NCBI GenBank assembly: GCA_965112735.1
Contig: OZ218961.1
Span: 3,100,001 to 3,164,000, forward strand
Source of the DNA: Phaeosaccion multiseriatum
Lineage: Eukaryota > Protista > Ochrophyta, other classes
Direction: 5' to 3'
DNA length: 64,000 bases
Shown piece by piece: positions 55,703 to 64,000 of this stretch. The notes beneath the pieces are model-generated. The model was not told the DNA's origin. It did no database searches and worked only from the letters and a program-made list of their open reading frames with translations. The number at the start of each line of letters is the position of its first letter. The first letter of the stretch is position 1. The position numbers and the translations under genes are program-made.

Positions 55703-56016
55703 GCTGCTGCTGCTCCCCCCTGCCCCGTCTCGTCCCCCTGAGTCTTCTCCTGCCCCTCGTCCTCCATAACCGCGCTGGCCTGAGGCTGCTTACTCTCCTG
55801 GCCACCCTGAGGCTGCTTACTCTCCTCGCCACTCTGAAGAGAAGGCCCGTAACCGCAAGCGCTCCCTCCCGCATTGGGCACAACTCCGAAGACGGCTCCG
55901 GCGGCGTTGTTGAGGTCTGCCACGGCGTGCCAGAACAGGTAGGGCTTCACCATCAACAAATGGCGACTCTGCGGCCCCCTCCATACATCCTCCCTGACAA
56001 CACACAAAGCAAGCGC

Positions 56017-56052
<36 letters not shown>

Positions 56053-56088
56053 AACAGACAGACAGGGAGATAGAGACACCCACACGCA

Positions 56089-56151
<63 letters not shown>

Positions 56152-56201
56152 CACAGACAGACAGACAGACAGACAGACAGGGAGATAGAGACACATACAG
56201 A

Positions 56202-56249
<48 letters not shown>

Positions 56250-57808
56250 CGACAGGAGAGACACAGTGCGAAGTGAGTCCCTAACACCAACCGGACCTCC
56301 CCCCCCTACACACATCCTGTGACTGCACCATGTATCACCAACTGTCGTACCTGTCATCGAGAATGAGGGCCATGGCAGTCCCGCTGGGGAAGATGCGCGA
56401 GAGGGCCTTGGTGTGCCTTCCCAAGTCTGCGGTGTCTGTGCCCGACACAATGCGTTGGTTAAACAGGGAGCGCTGCGGGTCGATGGCCAGCGCGATCTAA
56501 GGGGTGGGAGGGAGGGTGGATGGCAGCAGACGGCAGGGACGAGTTGAAGGGTGGGTAGAGCGAGGCAGGGCCGACGAGAGAGAGGGAGAGAGGGGGACGG
56601 AGAGAGACAATGAGAAAGAGAGAGCTCGGCACGGCACCCGTAAGACTGAGCCTTGGAAGAAAAGCACCCGCGCACCTACGCACCCACTTCCACTTCCCCC
56701 TTTGTCCGTTTACCTGCTCTGCGTACCCCCTGGTGGCTGCGGTGTAGATAGTGAGCTCGAAGGAGAGGGCCGCCCGTCGGAGGAAGGACATGAGGCCGGG
56801 GCGGGTCTTGACGAAGTGCCTGTCGCAGGATGGGGGGGGAGGAGGGGAGGGAGGTCGCCGAGGGGACAGGGGGTTGAGGGATTGAGGGCATATGTGTCTC
56901 CTTGGAGGAGAGAGAGCCGAAGAAGGGGGGCCTCTTTTCCTTCATACTCACCCTTAGAGGTTAACACTGAAAAGGGAGCGGGGCTGACTGCCGCTGCCTA
57001 CATGAGTGACTGACGGACTGTCTGACTGACTGACTTATGGACTCCCTGACTGACTGACTGACTGACTGACTGACTGACTGACTGACTGACTGACTCCCTG
57101 ACTGACTGACTGACTGACTGACTCCCTGACCGGCTCCCTGACTGACTGACTGACTGACTGACTGGCTTCCTGTCTAACTGTCCGATTGACGAACTGGCTT
57201 CCTGTCTAACTGCCTGGCGGACTGAGGCCCTGGCGCACTGACCTATTGGGGCAGCCGGGTATCAGAAAGGTGACTGACGGACTGACTGACTGACTGACTG
57301 GCTGGCTGGCTGACTGACTGACTGACTGACTGACTGACTGACTGGCTGGCTTTCTAAGTGACTGACTGACTGACTGACTGCCTGACTGCCTGACTGACTG
57401 ACTGACTGCCTGACTGACTGGCTGGCTTTCTGACTGACTGACTGACTGACTGACTGACTGACTGACCTATTGGGGCAGCCGGGTATGAGAAAGGTGTGCA
57501 CGTCGGGGCTCTGCACCTCCTTTGCGCGCTTGTCGTCTGTGGCGTGCAGCAGAGTGCTGTCCAGGTCCAGCACCAGCGACAAGTGCCGCTTCCTGGGCAG
57601 GCGGGGACAGGCGGACAGGCAGACAGGCAGACAGGCAGACAGGCAGACAGGCAGAGAGGCAGAGAGGCAGAGAGGCAGAGAGGCAGAGAAGCAGAGAAGC
57701 AGAGAGGCAGAGAGGCAGAGAAGCAGAGAGGGCGGAGGAGAGCGACATAAGCAGCAGCGGCAGCAGCAGAGGCGTGGGTCGAGGGTTCGGCTACCCGTGG
57801 GGCAAGCC

Positions 57809-57887
<79 letters not shown>

Positions 57888-58530
57888 GACCAGCTGGCAC
57901 ATATCTACTCCTCCGTCCACCTCTCTCTCCATCTCTGTCTCTCTACGGCACACACTTGAGGAGGTGGTTGACCTTGGACTGGTGGAAGTCGTGCGCGGCG
58001 TGCTGGGAGAGCGACAGGGTGGCTCCACCCTTCATGGTGACCTTCGAGAGGGGCGCAGCAGCAGCAGCAGAAGCCCCGACGACTCTCGCCCTCCGCACCC
58101 CTCCGGCCGAGGTCGGAAGCGCCTGCTGCTGCTGCTGCTGCTGCTGACCCGAGTCGCCGTCGCTATCCTCGTCGCTACCATCGCCCTCTTCTCCTCCTTG
58201 ACCATGGGTGACTGTGGCCCCGCACACGCCGCAGAGCTTTCCCAGCATGAGGGGGTGCGTGCAGTACTCCACCTGCGCGAGCACAACCTCACCATCCTCC
58301 GCTGCGCTGAGGCGCTGTTGCTTTCCCTCCTTGACCTTGACGCTCACCAACGTGCCATCGCGAGGAGAAGTGATCGTTCGGCTTGCCCCTCCCCCGACAG
58401 AGAGAGTGAAGAGAGCCTGGCCCCTCTTGACTCGCTGCCCATCTACCCCGGCCTTGGTCACCGTCCACTCATCCTCTCCACCCTCCTCAGACCCCGGGAG
58501 CAACAACACGTCCTCCCGTACCAGCGCCAT
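54304..58530 (-). CDS. FCP1: RNA polymerase II CTD phosphatase FCP1/CTDP1
   Basis: Exons 58530-57956, 57592-57467, 56819-56714, 56496-56351, 55993-54304. Motifs [15 protein letters not shown], catalytic [32 protein letters not shown]|EDVW; BRCT (GVSLVFSG...TTHVVA...WLMYC); acidic tail. Confidence 0.93.
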
Positions 58531-58979
58531 GCTAAAAAAAAAAATGAGAAAGATGAAGCGCGGGAGTAATAAGTCAGGGAGAGAACCACCTGAAATGCAC
58601 ATTCTCTTCCCCCTTCCTCCCTCCCTCCCTCTTCGACCAAGCAGGTAGGAGTGTAGCGCTGAGGAATGCTGGCTGGAAGAGGCTTTTAGAGCAGCCGAGG
58701 CCATGTTGGGACAAGTCCGTCATATTTTTTCTCCCCCCATCCTTTCAACCAACTTTCGGGGGTGGTGTCTCGGCAAAGACCCAACAGCAGGCGAGGCACC
58801 GATGCCGCCTTTTCCTCACAATACGCGCCATTGACCTCCTGTCAATCCCCCCCCCCTTCCCTTTTCTAGTCGTACCAGGCTTCGCTGAGGAAAGCAAAAG
58901 CGCTTCTTCCCCCCGATCCGTGCCGCGCGCGGCGCATCATACGTGTCAAGCAGTCATCCAGAGTGGGGCCGCGAAAGAC

Positions 58980-60050
58980 ATGGACGGACCGAGCCGAAAG
59001 AAGGGTGGCAAAAGGCTCCAGCCAGCCCCACCCATCGACTCCTCGGTGGAGGCGCGAGGTTGCGGTGCCGCCGTGGCAGCTTCTCCCGTTCCCGCTGCCC
59101 TTGCTGGAGGCGAGGGAAGCGATGCTCAAACCTTCGAAGCTTGTGAGCAGGCCCTGGCCCAGGCTGAACTTCTCATCAGTGTGATGGAGTGGACTGGTGG
59201 GGGCCAGGACTTGTTTGTAGCGGCGGTGAGCAAGGAGTGGAAGGGCCACTACAGACGTCTCCATCCGGCCAAGACAACGGATAGGAGTGTGGTTGAGTCT
59301 GTGGAGCGCTTGAGGTGGGCCAGGAAGTGCGGGTATGAGCTGAGTAAGAAGACTTTTAAAGCTGCGGCACAGTACGGAGATGTGAGTATTTGCAAGGCTC
59401 TTCACAGCATGGGGTGTGCCTGGGGTCGGGTCGTATGCAAGGTTGCGGTGAGGAATAAAAGGCACGCACTGAGCATCCTCCAATGGCTGCGAGTGGAGGA
59501 CCTGCCCGATAAGGAGCGGTGCCCGTGGATGCAGAGCTATATTTATGGCGAAGCTGGCAGGTGCGGCAATGTGGAGGTTCTTACGTGGCTGCTGTCCGAC
59601 GAGTTTGAGGGCCCTCCTCAATTTGTTATATGGGCGGAGGCAGTAAGGGCGGGGCATATTCGAGCGTTGGGCATGCTTTTGCATCATCCGAAGGTCAGAG
59701 CTGAGATGGAGGCGGTAGATAACATCAACAGCGGGTGGACGTGGGGGGCTTTCTTGGCGGCCCAGCAAGGCAATCTGGAAGTGCTGCAGTGGCTGCATGC
59801 AAACGCACGGGAGCTGTGCAGGTGGAATGAAGGTATCTGTAGCGCAACAGTTTATGACGCCAAGAGCCTCTCTGTGTTGAAGTGGCTCCGATCCGAGGAG
59901 GTCATGTGTCCCTGGGATGAGAGGTCATGCCCACAATTCGTGAAAAACGCATATCTTAATGATTCTGGGTGGGATATGGCCCCTGCCGCCTTTGAGGAGA
60001 TGAAGCAGTGGGTGCACGCCAATGGTCACCCCTGCGACTGCGAGGACTGA
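58980..60050 (+). CDS. Ankyrin-like repeat protein (CPW-type family), intronless
   Basis: FVAAVSKEW, SVERLRWAR, repeated AA..GNLEVLQWL / LKWLR...CPWD units. Confidence 0.75.
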   Translation: MDGPSRKKGGKRLQPAPPIDSSVEARGCGAAVAASPVPAALAGGEGSDAQTFEACEQALAQAELLISVMEWTGGGQDLFVAAVSKEWKGHYRRLHPAKTTDRSVVESVERLRWARKCGYELSKKTFKAAAQYGDVSICKALHSMGCAWGRVVCKVAVRNKRHALSILQWLRVEDLPDKERCPWMQSYIYGEAGRCGNVEVLTWLLSDEFEGPPQFVIWAEAVRAGHIRALGMLLHHPKVRAEMEAVDNINSGWTWGAFLAAQQGNLEVLQWLHANARELCRWNEGICSATVYDAKSLSVLKWLRSEEVMCPWDERSCPQFVKNAYLNDSGWDMAPAAFEEMKQWVHANGHPCDCED

Positions 60051-60678
60051 GTGACCAGGGCAGACAGCGCGGCCCCTCCTGGGTTAAGCACCGCCTAGTT
60101 TCGCGCACGGTACCATAGATAGCGGCTTGATGTCTTCCTTCGTAGTAATATAACCAGATTTGGCGCTTTCCCTCTGCGAAGTGCTTGATCTAGCAGCACC
60201 GCGCCCCTCCCTCCGCAGCGCTGAAGAGAGGCTTACACACTGCCCACTCCTCCTTCCCTCTCACCGTGGAAGGAACCACTTCCCCTTCATCATCACTTTC
60301 CCCACCACTCGCTTTTCTACACCCCCCCCCCCCACAGCCCGCGCACTGCTATTTTAAATTTGAATGAACTGTTTATGATCTTAACATGTACTCTTTGAAG
60401 GGAAGAGTCTCCTCCAACTTTCGCGTCCAACCAACTGCCGATCAACTGCCACCGGAAGCCTGCCTCGCTCGCTGCCATTGCCCCCTTTATCTATATCTAT
60501 ATATCGTACAGCTAGACACTTATCTATAGCGACCCCCCCCCCCCCCTCTCTCCGTCATCAAGTGCCATCTGTGCTCTCCTCCTCCCCCTCGTCCTCTTCC
60601 TCTCCTCGTCGTCGTCTTCGTTGCCCCAGTCCCTCCCTCCCTGCCCTCCCCAACAACGGTATAAAACCAGTTGCCCCT

Positions 60679-63055
60679 CTATTGCTGCTGCGCCTCGCTC
60701 CCGAGGCCGTCGAGCTCCTCGGTCTTGTCGTACTGTTCGGACTCTGCAGCCAGCGCGAGTCCACCCTTGCGGGCCTCTATCTTAAGCTGGTTGGGGTTTT
60801 GAGGGTGGGATGGAGCGGGGTCGGGGTGGGGTGAGGTGGTGAGAGGCAGGCCGGCACAAGGGAAGGCCCAGGCCCAAGCGAAGACGCTCCTTGTACTCTG
60901 TAGAGCAGTTGGTGATACAGTAGCAGAGCACTCTCCGCGTCGATGAGGTCTACCAATGGGGATAAGCCACTCCCTTCTAACCGCCGATGGAGCAGCGCCT
61001 TTTTGGCCATTGCACTTGGCACAAACACTGACACTGACACTGACTAACACTGACTGACCTCTCCCCCCCGATTCGCCATGTCCACCACCCTTCCCTCCAT
61101 CCCTTCGATCTCGCGAAGACGCTCGAACTGCTTGCAAACCTCTCCCATGTCTGTGGAGGGGATGGGGTGGGATAGCAGTGCATGTCTGTGGAGGGGATGG
61201 GGAGGGGATGGCAGTGGATGAGGCGGCAGTGGGTGTGGCTCTGCTTTGCTTTGCTCAGCATCTCCCTCGCTGCAGTTCTCTATGCGTTTGCGGGTACTGA
61301 GCTGCAGTCACGCGGAAGTGCGATCAGAGCCTGCCCACTCCAATAAGGCCAACACGGGGAAGGCCGAGCCAAGGGAAGGCGAGGCTGCTGGAAAACCTCT
61401 CCCTTTTCATAATTCCACGAGAGCAGCCAGTACGTCGCTATTACGTAGGCGTACGTAGGTAGTACGTCTAGTAGGCAGGCTTCACTCACCTGCCATGTAG
61501 TTGATGAGACGGTCGCTGCCGGGCACGATACGCTGCTCGCTGACATCCGGCACGTCTGGGAAGAATGAGGGGCAGGGTCAGGGTCAGGGTCAGGGTCAGG
61601 GTCAGGGTCAGGGTCAGGGTCAGGACGAATGCCCGGCCCTCGCTTTGTGTTCTTGCCCCGCATGTATATGTGTCGTCTTGTGCCCATCACCCCTCTCCCA
61701 TCAATGCCCCGCTCACCGCTGGTGCCCATCCACTGCCATCCACCCATCCACTACCATCTCGTAGCGTTTGCCTTTTTGCCCTTCCTTCCTTCCTTCCTTC
61801 CTTCCTTCCTTCCTCACTTACCCTGTGCCGACCTCTTGCGCTGTCCGTGGCCCTTAACAAAGGGCTTCCTCGCGGCTCTCCGGAGCATGTCTTGCGTCAC
61901 GCCGTCTCGGAAGTCCACGGCTGAGGGCATGCGTGCAGAGTGTCAGGACATACCACCACCAGAGCACAGGGTGTCAGGATGAGGGTAGGGGGCAACGGGG
62001 GCTTAGAGGAAAGGAAAGGAGGAGCAGGGGTGGTATAGCTACCACGGAAGGGGCACATAGACTTTCGTGGCAGTACGATGTTGGCGAAAAGAGGAGGACA
62101 CAGACAGATGTGGGGAGGAGGGCACACATGTACGGTGATAGATGGCGGGCAGCATCGGCTCGAGGATGGACACATAAGGGTGGGTATCACTACGTCGATA
62201 TACACGCGGTGTCGGTGTGTGTGTGTGTGTGTGTGTGTGTGCACGTGTGTGTGTGGTACAGTGATCACTCCGCCGCCCCCCCCCCTCCCCCCTGATGCTG
62301 CTGTATCACCAACTCCTGCAGTTCGAACTCACCGTCCCAGGGCTTCTTCAGGCTCTGCGACAGCTGCCCGGCCGCCGCCGCTGCCCGCGCCTCCTTCTCT
62401 CTCCTCCTCAACCCCTGAACCTCGCGTCCATCCGTCCCTCCTTGGAGAAGTCGATAGTATTGGCGTCCGTCCGGGTCCTTTAGTACCTCCCTCCGCTGCC
62501 TCCTTCGCAAGGTCCGCCCCTTCCTCTCTGCCTGCTTGGTCATCTATTTTACTCAAGCTAACTCAAGCTAACTCATGATTACTCAAGCTAACTCAGTCCT
62601 GCCACCTTCGGATGAGGCCATGGCAAAAGCGCAGGCTAACTCAGTTTTGACGCCCCCTTGCCCTCAGATACGGCATTTTACTCTGAAATGAGTCGGTTCA
62701 CAGCGTGGGTGAAGGAAGGTTCGTGGACGGTTCCAACACCTCACACCATCACAGATGGCATTAAAGGGTGTCATATACATACACCTCACACGAGTACCCT
62801 CTCCTTCCTAAGGTCTCCGATGTCCCACCACTGCCTATACCCATTGCCCTGCTGAGCCTCGTCGTCCGCTGCCATCGCGGTTACAAGCCTCGCCCGAGCC
62901 ACTTCGCACAAGAAAGTCGCATAAGCGCCGCCCCTCTGCTCGAAGGCCGGAGAAACATACACCCTCTGCTGCAAGGAGAGGGGAAGGAGGGGATGGGATG
63001 GCAGTGGATGGCAGTGGGTGGGTGAGGAAGATGAGCGAAGTAGAGGGGGAATTAC

Positions 63056-63101
<46 letters not shown>

Positions 63102-63295
63102 GTGCGTGTGTCTAGGCCCGCTGGGGAGGGGAAGGGAGGGAGAGGATGGCAGTGGATGGGTGAGAGGATCGGACCGCGGGGCTTGGAGGTCGAGTAGTCA
63201 CAGGGAGATCGGGTGGGGGTGGAGGAAGGAGCGAGAGCGAGTGCGCAGTAGGAGAGCGAGGGAAACACACGCACACACAATCGCACACAGGCACG

Positions 63296-63384
<89 letters not shown>

Positions 63385-63528
63385 ACCTACCTTCCCGTCC
63401 CGTGGTGCTTGCTTCTTCTGGCGCGGCTCTTGGACACCTCCCTCCCTCTCCCCTTGCGGTTCTTGCCGCTCTCCTCGCCTCTCCGCTTGCTCGAGCTCGG
63501 CCTCGAAGAGAGGAGGAGCCACGCTTAA
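60679..63528 (-). CDS. Multi-exon hypothetical protein, 5' part uncertain or outside window
   Basis: Phase-compatible exons ?-63391, 62968-62798, 62543-62333, 61920-61822, 61555-61490, 61150-61059, 60786-60679, giving ...WWDIGDLRKERMTKQ...KKPWDAVDFRDGVTQDMLRR...RLINYMADMGEVCKQFERL...EAQQQ*. Confidence 0.65.
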
Positions 63529-64000
63529 GCTCAGCAGAGCCCTTCCTATTCCTGTGTCTCTGTCTCTGTGTCTGTGTCTGTCGCTTTCTCTCTCCCCGTT
63601 CCCGTCCCCGTCCAGGCGAAGATTCAGGAGGAAGTGACAAGCGCTGCGCAGGTTAGCGAGGCAGTAGCCCGGTCTGAGAGGGAAAGAGAGGCGGGGGCGG
63701 GGGGGAGGGGGAGGGGGAGGATCAGGGGGCTGATGATCGATAGATCGGTTCAGATGTGAGACATGGTCAGAGGTCAGCGCGGAGCGAAGTCTACGGCACC
63801 ACTCGCGACTCCACTCCACTCCCCTCCCCTCCTCTCCCCTCCCCTGCCCTGCCCTGCCCTGCCCTACGCTTCACACGGTGCGATGAGCCGTTATGCACGA
63901 GTAAGTCAGTAAGTCGAGAAGCGCGGACACATGAGAAGAGGTGGGGACACTCACAGAGACGTCATGCATGAGTACATCAGTAAGTCAGCAAGTCAGTAAG

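Overview
GC-rich eukaryotic nuclear DNA with GT-AG introns packed with microsatellites. The gene content and PPR/CBM1/ankyrin style suggest a stramenopile alga (inference). I reconstructed genes by hand from splice sites and reading frames. In order: the 3' part of a four-domain EEEE voltage-gated Ca2+ channel; an intronless block of two paralogous PPR-SMR genes flanking an Rnl2-family RNA ligase, plus a KANL3/Tex30-like hydrolase and a third PPR; ATG18/WIPI; an MscS-like channel; a 14-exon Cys-rich membrane protein built from a duplicated micro-exon cassette; a secreted metzincin with three CBM1 domains; two more PPR genes; FCP1 phosphatase; an ankyrin-like gene; and a partial unknown gene. 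The best candidate for an undescribed system is the PPR-SMR / RNA ligase / PPR-SMR locus. Its PPR arrays are near-identical 105-bp units that differ in number and in base-specifying residues, resembling a natural reprogrammable RNA-recognition/nuclease module next to a ligase. Also notable are intron microsatellites made of multimerised splice signals and two dispersed 16-17-bp signature motifs. Most ORFs in the supplied track are artefacts of simple repeats.
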